Part shown: piece after piece, positions 14,401-27,900 of the stretch | How positions within the stretch are numbered: position 1 is the stretch's first letter | Layout of the letters: the number at the start of each line of letters is the position of its first letter | From: Catajapyx aquilonaris | Taxonomy: Eukaryota | NCBI GenBank assembly: GCA_000934665.2 | Contig: JYFJ02002141.1 | Span: forward strand, 1-63,191 | Direction of reading: 5' to 3' | Length of the DNA: 63,191 bases | Program-made: the position numbers and the translations under genes | The notes under the pieces: model-generated | What the model saw: only the letters and a program-made list of their open reading frames with translations | Told to the model about the DNA's origin: nothing | Databases searched by the model: none

Positions 14401-15340
14401 ATTGTGGCAGCTATACCGACACCAAGAAACTTTTTGAGCGACAGCCGGCGCAATATGGAACTCAGCTCGGTTCTACAAAAAAAATGGGAATAATCCGGCC
14501 GGTTATTCAACTGTTGGCTGGCTCCGCAGCAGACATAAGGACAATATCCGCAACCAGTTGGACAAGACAAGTCGTTCCACTCTCAATAAAAAGCATGGCG
14601 ACTTCTCAAAATGGCAAACTCTATTAATGCACTTCCCATTGGTCCTAAGCCAAAACCCAGTTTCAAATCGCATTTACATCAGCACTGGACCCCCGATGGC
14701 GCAACAGATATCCCTTCTAAGGGTCCATCCTTCCCAAATTTCCTCCCCATTTCGCTCGAATCCGGTGACTTAAAAGGAGCCTTCCAAAAACTCCCCACTC
14801 GATATCAACCCGTGCCTATTAATTCGCGAATTCAATCCACTAAGGCTCATTTCACATTCCGATTGGATGAGCGGATCAGTTGGCAAAAAATGCTATTAGA
14901 GAAGCCTGGAGAGGTATAGTGACCCCCGAATCTGCACACACACAAAAAAAGGATGGTTTAAAACTGCGAAATTGTTGGAGGGGGACACGTGAGGTGGAGG
15001 CTGCGAGAGAAAGACGCGGCGTATCCCATCCTGTGCTGCAATGGGGCCAACCCGATCAATACTGGTGCTGCCACCGCAAAGGACCGGGCCTCTTCTCTCC
15101 ATCCCCCCCAAACCAGCCTAGGACCCACCCCCCACTTTAATTCCCTAAACCAGCTCGAAACTTTCGGGTCTCCGACCGGTACAATTGTTCCGATGCATTT
15201 TTAGGCAAAACAAGATTGGCATATCGAACCAACCAGATGGACATCCCTACAGAGCACAAACCTTTGAAAATGCGAGGGCACACCTCATCAAGATAATCAG
15301 TCCCAAATGACGCAGCGGCAATATGGCCGCCACCCTGACG

Positions 15341-15362
15341 TCACAGTTGCCAGCTGTTATTA
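15341..15362 (-). ncRNA. miR-216-like 22-mer (candidate only)
   Basis: Minus strand TAATAACAGCTGGCAACTGTGA versus miR-216a-5p TAATCTCAGCTGGCAACTGTGA gives 20/22. Both mismatches fall in the seed and the precursor hairpin is imperfect. Confidence 0.15.
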
Positions 15363-18300
15363 GAGCAACGACCTAGCAGCATAGACCGGCTGCGACGCCA
15401 CAAAAGCGGTCATGTTCTAGGCTGGAAATTTCGGCAGCACCAGCCTCCTTATCATTTAAACTTTGTGCAATGCAAGTGGAGGTTCAACATTACTGTACAT
15501 TACTGTACAGTACAGAAGTGCACCAAAATTTGGGGCGACTTTGTCACAGTAATTATTTAACGAGATTGGTGTCAACTTTACAACTGCCTTCCCATACAGA
15601 ACCATAACTTATCCAGATTCCTATAGCACGGTCACTGCTGGCTGTCCAAAAACCCGAGCCTTTGAATGCAGCAGCCCCCTTTGGATAGAAAAAAGATGCT
15701 GCAGGTCCGGTCGAGTGGATGCGAAAATTCATCTCTTTGCGGGAAACTCGGAAGGAAAGGAATATGATCTCGGCAGGCAGTCGGCTCCAGCACAACCCAA
15801 GGAGCTTTCCCATGTCTCAACCATCGGGATAAATCGCCCGTTTTGCCGCCGACTCAGATTGCCGGGTCACATGACCCACGCCATTTATTGTCCAAAGAAG
15901 CCTTTCCAGCAAAAATGCCTTCAGGAGAAATGACACTTGCTGCCCAAAACTACTTGGAAGTAACTGCTACAAAATAACTGGCTAGTGCATGGAGGAGTAT
16001 CGTGAAGCACTGCTGGAACGGAATAATCTGGAGCTTGTTGATGTTGTAGCGTCAAAAGTAGCGAATTAATGGCGAGAAACAAGGGGAGGCTTCTATCAGC
16101 CTTTAAGCTGATGACACCGCCCGTTAAAAACAGCGGTGCCTGCAATTAATTTAATGTAACCACTCCATTTCACGCCTGCACTCGCAAGGTTTAATCCCCA
16201 GCCAGCTGATGGCCTCGAGTTGGAGAGTGCATTTTGGACGAATTTATTGCATCGCGACTTATGTAATATTGAGTGTCTGTGTGTTTTTTTTTTGCACATA
16301 ATTTCCTTTTCCGCCCTGAGCTGGCTGGCATACACCCTCCATTGTTGCGATTTGGCGAATCTCTCCAAACTTCTGCAATAAATTTTAAAGGTCGTATATT
16401 GCGAACCTTCGTAAACCTGAGCACTGTGCAGCTGCGACACTCCATACCTTACAAATGAACATTCCACGACCGTACAGAATCGGCGTGTAAGGACCTCCAA
16501 GTTGTATCAATTCATTGCAATCCGGCTCCTAAAATGGCTGCAAGTTGCAAGGAAAACGGCTTATAATTTCGTGAATCAACATGATATTGTGTGAATGTAA
16601 TTTAATTCGCGCAATCAAATAACTATGTTCATTAAATAATTGGCTCAATATGCAATGCAATTAAGAGTTACAGTGTGTTCAGTTGAACGGTAATTCCTGC
16701 AGCAAACATTTTCATATCCCCACAATGATTCAATTTGAAGTGTATGGCATGTGCCTATAACCGCATAAGAATAACTTAGTGAATGTTAAAAATATTAGCC
16801 GACTTGCCACGATCGGTTCTGTGAAACACTTTGGATGAATTCTATATTCGCAAGCCATATGCAGTATAGTATGCACACGGTTGTCCTTGCCAGATGCTAT
16901 CATGGTGCCAAAATCACTATTTTCACACCGTTACGCACCAATAGCTGCAGCCCGGGTTACTGTGACCTTACCTGAATAATGACAGGGTTTGGATACGTGT
17001 TTGGCTACATCTGGACGCGGCCAATAACCGCCTTGGCCATACACCTGAATACTGCAAGGACGGGGATCGACATGGTGACGTTACACCGACGTCGTTGAAG
17101 TCACGAGTCGTTCACACAACAATCACTAAATGTGTAATCTAATTCCGTCAGTTTGTTTTCGTGCGAACTCAGGTTTCGGTTTCCAGAAGTTAAAAGGTGA
17201 AATCAATCCCGGATTAGACCTAAAGGTGAGGCTGTTATCTCAGCACCTGCCTTGCCCTGGAGTCTCGTCGATACCTGGAATCCTCAAGACGCCGACACGC
17301 AATCCTCTTTTCTCCAGCAGAGTCACAGCACCCAATTAGTCGGTCAGACGATCATTAGGCACAGTTTCTTGTTACCTTTCGGCACATAAAATATTCATGA
17401 GGCCATTTGCGCATCGATCCCATGTGACAAAAGGGAGACAGACAGACACACAAAAAATAGCGGCACAATCCGTGTCTGTTTGCCGGGTTGTCAAGCTGCT
17501 GAATAAACTACCGGGAACAGGAAATCAAGACGACTATTGTGACTCCCAAAACAGCGCAGCAGAACGAGTCGCTGGACAGTAAACGCAAATGTCAAGCTCT
17601 TGTCACAATCCCCCTACACAACGGACACGAATTGTATTTTTTTTTTCCACCCTTTAAATTTCCATCACAGATTAATCTCCAAGAGCCTAGAATTGCACAC
17701 CGGCTCCAATTTTTTTTTCACGGAACAAAAGAAGCTCATAAATATATCTTAGCAAGGCAGTATATTCAAGCAGGGATTTAACAATTTATATTCGCTGGCA
17801 GGAAATTTGAGCCCAGCTCAAAAATTTCAGCCGAGCAAAGCAGCAACGTCCCTGCTGAATATTCCATTATTCCTTCAAGGTACTCTATATCTCCCATGAC
17901 GCTACACAGACAGGCTCCGAGGGCTTATTTTTTGGTCACCAACCTTTATTACTCGCTATAGAATCAGGAGAGAGAGGTTAACAAATGCGGGACAATAAAT
18001 AAATTACCTCATTCGGCACATGTGCGAATCATGCGCATAATTATTCAAACTAGGTCGTAACAAACTAATATCCGATGGCGAAAGTAAACATAACGTGTTG
18101 TTCTGGCGCAAAATGCACTGGACCAGACACACTCACGTGAAGTAAATATTTTCGCAACATAAATATTGTGAACCCAAAGTTGCGAAACAGGACATCCTAT
18201 CAGCATGTAACGCTTACACACGCTAATTAGCCCTTCAAAACATGCATTGGATAATCCTTACAGTATACACATTGTTAAGTTAATGCAGGTTTTGTGCGTC

Positions 18301-20832
18301 CGCAACAAATGCAAATGCAATTATTACGGCGCTGCAAAAGTCATCAATTTTACATATCACAAAATTATGTACGACTCGTGCCGTATATAAAAACACACAA
18401 AAATTCTACACGTGTAAAATATGATTCATTTATAGCAGAATTGATTCTACGAACTTCTTTACCAAGTGTCATTACACTTGCACACCCATATGAATAAAGA
18501 CATCCCATAAACGAATGGCACAACACATCAAGTAGCAGTATAGTTTGACTTGAGATTCGCCGACTCTCACAGTATAAAATCCGGCGAAAAACAAAGAATA
18601 AATCATGACCCTGAGGCATACAAGAACCTTTCGCCAGGCAAATCGAGATTAAGCTATCCCAATAGAGCAATGCATTTTGACGCTGTTTCGCTCGTACGTG
18701 ATGAGGATGTCACAGTCGCATTATACCCCAACCCTTTCAAGTCGTTTCAGCCATAAGTGTATTGTTTACTTTGCCCGTGTCTCTTTTTTCGCCAATTCAT
18801 GGGCTTGTCACGATTGCATTCTGCACATCCCACTGGTCTGCCACCGGCTGACCAAGCCGTATACGCGCCGTGTGTTCCAATTCCAGTGTCGCCACGTAAC
18901 AACCTTCAGCTGATATACGTTCATCAGCACTGATTTAAATGCAAAGTTTCCCTTTGTAACGATGAAGATTTTGCGAAGAAATGACGGGGAAAAAATCTTG
19001 CTGAATCATCCTAATGTGACTGTGGCGGATGGAAATAATTCATCTCCGAGGACATAAAATATTAACAAGAGCATTTATTAAATGGATGCTCCAGACTATA
19101 TGTTTTAGTTAGAGGCACATTTTAGAATCAGTATTTCCGCCGCTAGACTGCACCCAATGTTGCCAAGTTCGCCCGAGAGACATAAAAAGTGAGATAACAC
19201 TCTATTCCAGTCATAACCCACTTTAGCGACAGATTTCTCAAGAAACTGAATTATATTCCATACGTACACCGGAGTTACTTAATCCTCTTACGTATGTCTG
19301 TCAGCAGCTGACATCACTGACATACAACCGGGTCTATCAGCAGCAAGCGGCGGTATCTTCTCGGCGCAGCAGCATCATATCACCGCGTAGGAAAGAGTCG
19401 GAAATATTACCGCACATTAACTGAAGTTGGCAGAATTGCGCCGGGAGTCGTAAAGACTCTGCACAAGTGTAAGAGCAAGTAGCGGAGCCATAAAAGCCTT
19501 GGGAAAAGACTAGTTTGCAACGTCAACACGAGCAAGATGAGATATCGAGCAGCAGGAATGAGAAACTCGAGACACACCGGGTGTTGGTAATGATCCCCCC
19601 GGAAAATGCGGAGGTAAATCCGTCAGACGCAGCGAGACCCCGCACAATGCAAGTGCAACATCTCATTAGACTGCAGTCTGCCCTTCTATTTGTCAACCTC
19701 GCCAACCGGAACGCGAATGAAAAAAAAAAAATCACTTCTGGAAAGATGAGGTATAATCCCCCTAGTTTTTCCACAGAGGGGAATATATGCTAGTCACGGG
19801 TAGCCATCTTTCTAGAGAGGTGGATCCAACCCCCTCCCCACTCTGAATTAATGAGCCACGCCATCTTTCTGTAATGAGTCTATCGATGTCCGGGCCAAGG
19901 AACTGCCCCCCCCCCCCAGTACCCCCCTCCCCAAACTCTAGTCTTCCCTCTGCCAAGTGGACCAACCCATTTCAGTTTTCCCCCGGCCGGCCGCTACCTT
20001 ACCTACATACATACACCTAATACGGTACTATTGATTGACCAAGCCACAGGCGCCCTATAAACGAGGCAAAAGTTGACGCTCCGGACTCCGAGTGACGCTC
20101 CGATGACATTCTAATTGGATAACGTATCAGTTTCATTGACCGAAAGCTTTTTGTCATGTGGCAGTCGTGGCCACAGCTGTTGAAACGTGGTTTCTCACAG
20201 GGTAAAAGGCAATGGACATGCACAGGCCAGTATAGGGCAATCTCATATAGAACTGACTAGCCGAGACTATGTCTGTCCACGATGACTCATCACCAACGTG
20301 CATGTAGTACTACCTTTCCCCTGAGAGCGGTAGTAGTGTGCAGAGAGGCAGCCTGTGTCCCATCTGGTAGTGGCATATCGTACACTGTATTTTAAAATAT
20401 GATTTTTTTTTTTTACGAACGCAACCGAGTGAGCACCCACACTCGCGCAAGTCCATTGTTTCGGCAACAGTTACTCCTCAGGTAGCCTCTAAGGTTCGTT
20501 CCAGAGCCTCCGGCAATGACGCGAAAGTCGGCCATATTGTTACCCCTTCAATCTTAGTTAGTGTTGGAAACGACTTGTGCAAACTACGTTGCGCACCCGG
20601 TTGCGCTCATTTAAAAAAAAAAATCACCTACACATCCAAGTGAGGGAGGGGCTGGAAAGTGTTGCCAAGTTTTGACAAAGGGTTCACTCTCGCATTATTC
20701 AGAGATCCCTAACTTGCTACCTAGTTTCTTACTGAATGCACAACGCCTCCGGAATACCCAACTTAGGGCCATTTGGGCAAATGACCAACAAAAAAGTGGG
20801 TCGGGTGACAGTGGGCCAATGGAACGTCCCAG

Positions 20833-20845
20833 TGACCTTTGACCA
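20833..20845 (-). promoter_or_regulatory. Nuclear-receptor DR1-like element
   Basis: Minus strand TGGTCA-A-AGGTCA, close to the consensus RGGTCA-N-RGGTCA. Motif match only. Confidence 0.2.
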
Positions 20846-23800
20846 ATGGGATCGGCAGGGTGCCAACTTCTAAAAATCGGGCGCTGCACCAGACTAGCCC
20901 ATTTGGCGTGAAATATTCGTGCTGGGAGGGCAAAGGGTGATGGGTAGCACCAATTTGAATGTCATGTGCTGTCCTACATTTAAAAAAAGAAGAAGCCGGG
21001 TCCTAATAGCTGCTTCCAAGCTACGTGTCCTGCTGGTTCTCCTCCAACTGCATCAGAAGCGACAGAATGGCCTATTATCCCGCGTGCAAACAAACACGAC
21101 AGGAACATTCAAAAGCCCTGGTTTGCACTCATTTCGAATCAATTCCGACCGGCTGTGTCCCGCATGACGTGCGTTCTAATTCCGCGATTTTCCAACTGGT
21201 CCCGCTGAATACATTTGCAGCAAAAGAAGAGAAGGACTGGTCGGCTCTGTGTGTGCCCAACGAATTCGAAATCAAGCCTTCTTTGTTGCAAAAACTCCCC
21301 CCCCCCCCCCCCNACTTCGTTAAAGCTTTGGGTGTAGATGCGCAAATGAGAACTAGGATTTGAACAATATTCCGCACCCAATGCGGTCCTTCCTTAATGT
21401 CATCAGAAATATCGCCATTACCAAATTGACCTATTACCCTTGTACCATATAACACAATTTTACAAGCCACAACATTTGCAGTAACTGTCAAACATTCAGA
21501 AAAAGGAGCTTATCTTCGATGTTTTAAGAAGACAGTTCGGTTGTAACATGGGTTGTAACACTCCCTCTCAATTATATCATGTCTGAACTGTCCCTCTCTT
21601 GCCCACTAACCTGCAAACTAAACTTAAGATACACACGGTGCTTGTCCCATTTGCCCAAAATATTAATGTTTCTTTATGGTCAGTGATAGGGTACCAGGCG
21701 TGTCTCTCAAAAGGGTAAAGTGCTATCGATAAATATAAAGGTGTAATGAAAAAGATGATTAACGGCCACCAATAAGCTCCAGGTTCTTGGGGAAGCATCT
21801 GGAGCAAAGCTTTGGGCATTCATTAGCGAAAAGCGTGAGAGACATCCCGTCGTAAAGTCAAGCGACGAACCCAATTGGGGAGTCACACCGCGTACTTCAC
21901 TCCGGATCGTCATGTCGAATCTGGTTAATGGGCAAAAACGAGGATGCTTCTGGGAAAAGGCTCAGAGAAAAAGATTTTGTCGAAGTGACGTCAGACACTA
22001 GGAATTGCTAATTCGGTGGTAATTTAAGGAGCTCGACACAGGAAACGTCAGGTGACACAGAAACGATGGCATGACATCCTATCTGGTACGTACAGCACAT
22101 CTCATCAATTTCATTCTATTAGTAGGGGTATTAACACGTCTGAATATAGGCCTCTGTCACGTCTTTCATGCAGAATGAAATATGCCAGTATTAATTTGAA
22201 TTAGAAGTCCCTAAGCGTACATTAATAAATGAACAGGTTCAAGGCACATACACAAGAAAAATTAAAATTCTGTTTATCAGTACCACCAGCATTTTTCTTC
22301 CTGCTGCTCTATATACTGGGACACTTTAATTATTAACCCAAGCAAATTGAGTCGTTAGAATTTAATTCGAATTTACGAAGTAACGAGTCAGTCTCTTGGC
22401 ATAAACATGACCAAGAGCTGTCGGTGGGAATCGGTAATGGGACCCAACCCTGTCAAAATATCCACGGTGTGAAAGCAACTACAGTTCCTGGGTGCCGTTG
22501 ACCCAATCGAAATTCGATAATCGCTGTACGCCTCCCCGATTTGCCTTTTCCGTACCAGCACGTGTGTATATGGACAGAGAGTAAGCTGCAAAGCTTTTTG
22601 TCGTGAGTACGTGCAAAGATCGCTATTTGCACGTAAAAAAACGCGTTGATGCGCTTCAAGTGTTTTTGATGGCCGTTACCGCAACGCTCGCACGCCACGT
22701 CGCATTAATTTGTACAGTGTGTATATATATATAACACCTTGATTTCATTGATTAATTACAAGGACTTTTCGCGGCCTGAAGGAAGGAAGTTTCAAAAACG
22801 TAAGTGGTCACGTCAGAATTCTTCGTGCTATACGTAATCCGCTCTCGTAGTATAGCCGGAAAACATCATCTCGACTCATGCTAATCTGAAAATGTTCCTA
22901 CAAATCACGATCAAAAAGGTGTTGCCGCTTTCCGCGATTATAATCTGCAATTGCGCGACAATTCTGGAAATTAAACTTCACTTAATGAAATAGACAAATG
23001 GTTATTATGGAAAGAAACTGTTAACTGGGAGATCACTTGAGCTGATGCTCCAGCAGGCTACGGTTCCTGCATTTAATAAACTCTGTTACTGTAGTACTCT
23101 TACTTGTAGAATTATTTTCAGTGGCTATTACCGGTTTTCACTTTTCCAGCTTGATGTAACATTGCTTTATGAGTTTTTGGATTACACGTAAGATTATGCC
23201 AAATAACCCCATTCTACATTTTTGAGCAAATTTTTCGCAGATTTGATTACATATGTGAAGTTAAGTTCACAGCAGATACCGCACATTAAAAATTCAACGA
23301 TTGAGCCAATTTGACAATGTTATTCATAAGGAACTTGATGATATTTCAAGTGCATCAAGACTGGAATCATCTCCACCTAATTTAGATAGCCCTGTATCAA
23401 TATTGACCTCAGTGGCTGCACTATACCAATTAGTTTTCAAAGGGATACCTACATTAGCTTAAACACTCCAACCGTTAGCCTCAAGTTAAATAATTCAGTC
23501 ACCACTATATATACCATAAAGGCTGCAGTCCAAACACATAGCCTTTGGCAAACATTACATGACTGAGATCGAACTGCGGAATCCCATGCAATTACATGAA
23601 GTATATGGTATCTGAGAAGGCCCGTCCCGAAGCTCATTACTCAGAGGACTTCACCCCGGCAAAGAAGTGTTGTTGCAGACAACTACATTGGTGCTTTCGA
23701 TTTTCCGGACCTCCCGCACTCCTTTTTTGTTCCAACCTCCTGTCCTTCCTGATGCTGTCAACACTTGCTTCAGTACAAAAAGGCCCCCTCTTTTTTTTTT

Positions 23801-24973
23801 TTTTTTTGCCTCACAAGACTATATACGAGGAAGCGATGAGCAAACAAGTTCGGTCCCATCCATCGCCTGGAAACAAAGGACTGCCGGCCCAGATTTTCCT
23901 CCTTTCTGCTCCGTGAGACTATTGGGTTACTATTGTGGACAACTTCCCAAGAATAATCGCGACTCCGTCGCTCTCTCGGAAATCTAGTTTGCTCCAAGCC
24001 CCCCGCCAAAGTGTTTATAACCGCAGCAAGGCTCCAATTAACATGGTTGACATATAGGTGACCTCCATTCAAAATTCACGCCTTTGCTGCTGAAATTTCA
24101 ACCCTTTCCCCACCTCGTTTCCTGGTCCTGAGGGCGGGCGGGGTTAAAACCGAGGGTGGAGGTGAGGGGGGTTAGAATCGGCTTTCGTAAAGCGAGGTAA
24201 TGTTTTATAATCCCCTGTAGGATGTCCGGCATTATTCCGGTTAAGTGGGTATAGTTTGAAACGTGTGCTGCACAATGACTGTTACTGTCAGGTTGAAAGT
24301 GCAGTAATAGTGCAAATGGTGCACCTTTCATTAAAACGAGATAATATACATGCAACACTACCCAGCCGCCGGGCTTCATGTTTGAAAGGAAAGCGAGCTG
24401 GAATAAATTTAAAACAACACTCTGTTGCAGACTAGGTACGACCATGACAATTGCTACTGCTGATTTAATTATCTGCTCAGTCTGCTGGTACTGTTACTAC
24501 ATGGCAAATGTATTAGTGCTCTACCAATCCCCGTCGGATATTGGAAACCGATATCTCACATGAAAGTTTTTTGTCGCATCGGAAGTTATGTCACCGCATC
24601 CCTATAGTTCGTCTCCAATCCAGAGAAGAAGAAAAAAAATCAGCCAGGAGGTTCATATATCACAGAAATGGGTCAGAGAGAAAAAGGCGCTGAATCGCGG
24701 AAAAAGTAGACACAATTTGTCGAAACCATTAAGATACACACAATATTTCATGCCAGTGAAGTGAAAGACCCTCAAGATGTATTTCTCCCCCGCACCCCAA
24801 GCTGCCAATCGCACACACTAACATATCCACAAACACATTTCAGCACGTGCTGTATTATTGCCTTTTGATTCTATCTGGTATCCGGAAAAATAAAAGGGAA
24901 ATCCTTCCTGAAGTAAGTCAATCTGGACTGAATGCTGGAGAAAAAAGTCAATCAGCGTCCCTTTCAGCCGGCT

Positions 24974-24988
24974 CTTTGAACATCAAAG
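24974..24988. promoter_or_regulatory. Inverted pair of TCF/LEF sites
   Basis: CTTTGAA-C-ATCAAAG contains two CTTTGWW sites in opposite orientation. Confidence 0.3.
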
Positions 24989-27900
24989 GCGGTAGGCCAA
25001 AACCTTGAGTAGATGACGTAGATGCACTCTCGCACGGGTTTGACCTACTCCGAAAACCCCTAGGTCTCTGCCCACAAATCAGATCCAAACCGCCCAAAAT
25101 CCCATATCGACCCTCCTTCCCATCACTGGAAGCAAATGCGCAAGGAAAACAACCCCATAACCTATCGCTGCTTCCACCCGAACTAATCCCCTTTGCTTAA
25201 TTAGTCATGAATTTAAATTGGACCATTATTGGGCTTGACAGCACTGAGCAAAACCTAAGTGATAAAAAATTAGGGTCTTTGTCTTTTTTCCTTCTATCCG
25301 ACGAGTTGGTCATTATAGTCCCCCCCCCCCGGATGTCACAGCACCTACAGTTTGAGAAATGTGCGCAGCCAGAGAAACTTTTCCAAACACTATATAATTG
25401 CAACTTCTGCGGAAGTAATAACAACTCTCGCAGCATTTTTTTTTAAAATGGTAACTGTACAGTAAAGGATAATTAAGGGCAAACTGCTCCATTTCGACAT
25501 CTCCCGGCATTAAATATTAATTACTACTTTTTTATGGGACGAACTCGTAAAGGTCAAAAGTAGTGTGCATATTAGTTAAATTATAATCACTTTCGGTTCA
25601 CTTTACCTCAAAATGCCAAGAGGTTAAGCAATTACTAAAATCAACTGTCCGCTCATTGCAAAACTACGTCACCAAATTTTGTCACTATCCAGAACGATTT
25701 TAAATCGCTAGGCGCCAAGTGCTCCTATAGACACAAAGTGTGATTAAATTCAGGCCTATGCTACAAAATCCAGGCTTTCTGCGTCACAGCTTTCCTCTCG
25801 AAACCACCTTTTTCCTCTCTCCTGTAATATAATACTAGTCCCGAGGGAAGAACACATCCACGTCTCCCATTAGGACGAATATTTTTAGCCTGTGGGCATA
25901 AAAGCCTTCCGCAAATGTAGAGAGAGGCGAAGTGCAAGGGAAAGCTACATCCGACACTCTTCTTTATTTTTCCTCCTTCTAAGCCCTGCTTGGCAGGCAA
26001 ACAAAATTGAGTTGCATCCTGTTCCTGTTCCTCTTTTTTTTTGGTCCCGAGGCCCCCACGTCTCGAATCGCATCCTTGTCAATACTAATCAGGGGATTAA
26101 TCGAATGAGAGTCCCATCCCGGGCTGGGATGGAGGTAACAGGCTTGTCTGCGAGGCACTGCCGAGATGAGATTTCACAAAGCGACTCCGGTATTCCCAGG
26201 ACGACCGCATTCTTCATTAATATGCGGATACAATTTGACACCTGAAGGACGCGAAATTCCCACACGCGTTTTAGGTAAAAGTCTGATGTAAATTTGAAAC
26301 GTCGCAGAAAGAAGAAAAAATTAATTAAAAATTTGCTAAATTTTTCACAATGACCATTGAGCATCTGTGGCGCCGCTTAAGGGCGTTCATGAAGGACCTA
26401 AAAGTACAGATCGTACGTTTGCTATTCACGCCAGCGTTTTCCGATGCATTAAAAAAGCAGCACGTGTCAAAATTGGCGGTTGGTACTCCCCAGCACCTCG
26501 TAAACTCCCAACCGCCTGCGCCCTAAAGGCGCCAACACATCCCCCAAAATTGGTCTCCATGTAAACAACTTTTGGATCAATTTGGAACCCATTACAAGTT
26601 TCCCAGGGGAGAAAATTCCCTTGGCGGTGTATGGTGCAGACACAGAGAAAACGACACTCTTTTTCTTATTCTGTAGCAACAGCAGAGGAGTTCGCCTAAT
26701 GGGGAGACCACCTGACGAGCCCAATAAGTATCAGCATTTACGTAATGTGAATATCACAAGGCGGACTGTCATTGTTAGCCACATAATGGTTGCCTCCATC
26801 TCTCGTGAAACATGAAGGCGATAGCGCTCAGTTCATGTCTAACAATAGCCTCTTCAGCAACATAAGGCGCAATGTGATTTTTCATTCCGCAGTATTTTGG
26901 TCCATCGCATTTTGAGTACCTTGAGTTCGGTGGAATAGGCTGTAAAAACCATTTATTTATGTCACACACGGTTTTATCCTCTTTTCTGTTTCCCTGCAAT
27001 TAGCAAAAGTTATACCCGCTGTTTATCTTATACCTGCGGTTGTGCTGCAGACACTAAGGGCCAGTAACGCAGCTACCACGAATGATTCACTGATATTTAT
27101 CCTCGTTATGAATTGCTTGCCAACAACATACTAATAACAAGGACAAACATTCGGCAAATCCTACAGTGCAGCGAGTGCAAAGCCTTCATCCTGGCTTACC
27201 GGCAACCCAAGAGCCTCATCTGTTCGCATTGCAGTCTACTATGCAGGGGCACAAATAAAGGCGATCGACACGCCACACCAGCTCTTTTACTCAGTATTGA
27301 CCGGAAATGACGGCATCATCCGAGGTGGGAACCGCCAAACACAAGATGCACTCGTCCCCAAAACGGCTATTATGAGCAACTCATTTCGTTTACGACGTCT
27401 CCGCCTGCAATTCAAAGTGGAAATTATCAGATTTCTTCACCTTGGCACGTAACGGCCCGCGTCCTGGAAGCGACGCCCGTCTTGGACGTCCGGGCATAAA
27501 TCTCCGGCAGACCATAAATCGCCCTGAGAAGAAACCGATACAGTTAAGGGCTGGGATAAGTTGGCAACCGAGCCAGTTTAACCAGAGGAACAAGAGGACG
27601 TCCGGTTTTGAATTTAGTGAACGGAGGATGGGTTGGGGGTGGACAAAGAGATCCGCAGGGTGTCATCCGAGGGTCCCATTAAGCAATCACGAAGATATCT
27701 CGAGCACCTCCGCCACTCATATCCATCCGTTACGACCTTTTCTCCTGGGGACACTATTTGTCCGGCTCGGATGGGTTTGACAAAAGGCTCTGCTTTTGGA
27801 AAACAACGGACGTGTCGTCTCCCGGATAATGATGATGATAGGTCCGCTTTTCAACGGGGGCGTCGGGAAGATTCTTCATCGTTTCAGGTGAAAAACGACG

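Noticed and set aside
20299..20342. 44-nt hairpin containing GGTAGTAG (let-7-like core)
   Set aside because: Too short for a precursor, and it lacks the let-7 seed and 3' sequence.
13702..24599. Dispersed 14-bp repeat TTATGTCACCGCAT (13702 and 24586)
   Set aside because: Several 14-bp matches are expected by chance in 63 kb and the flanks do not align.
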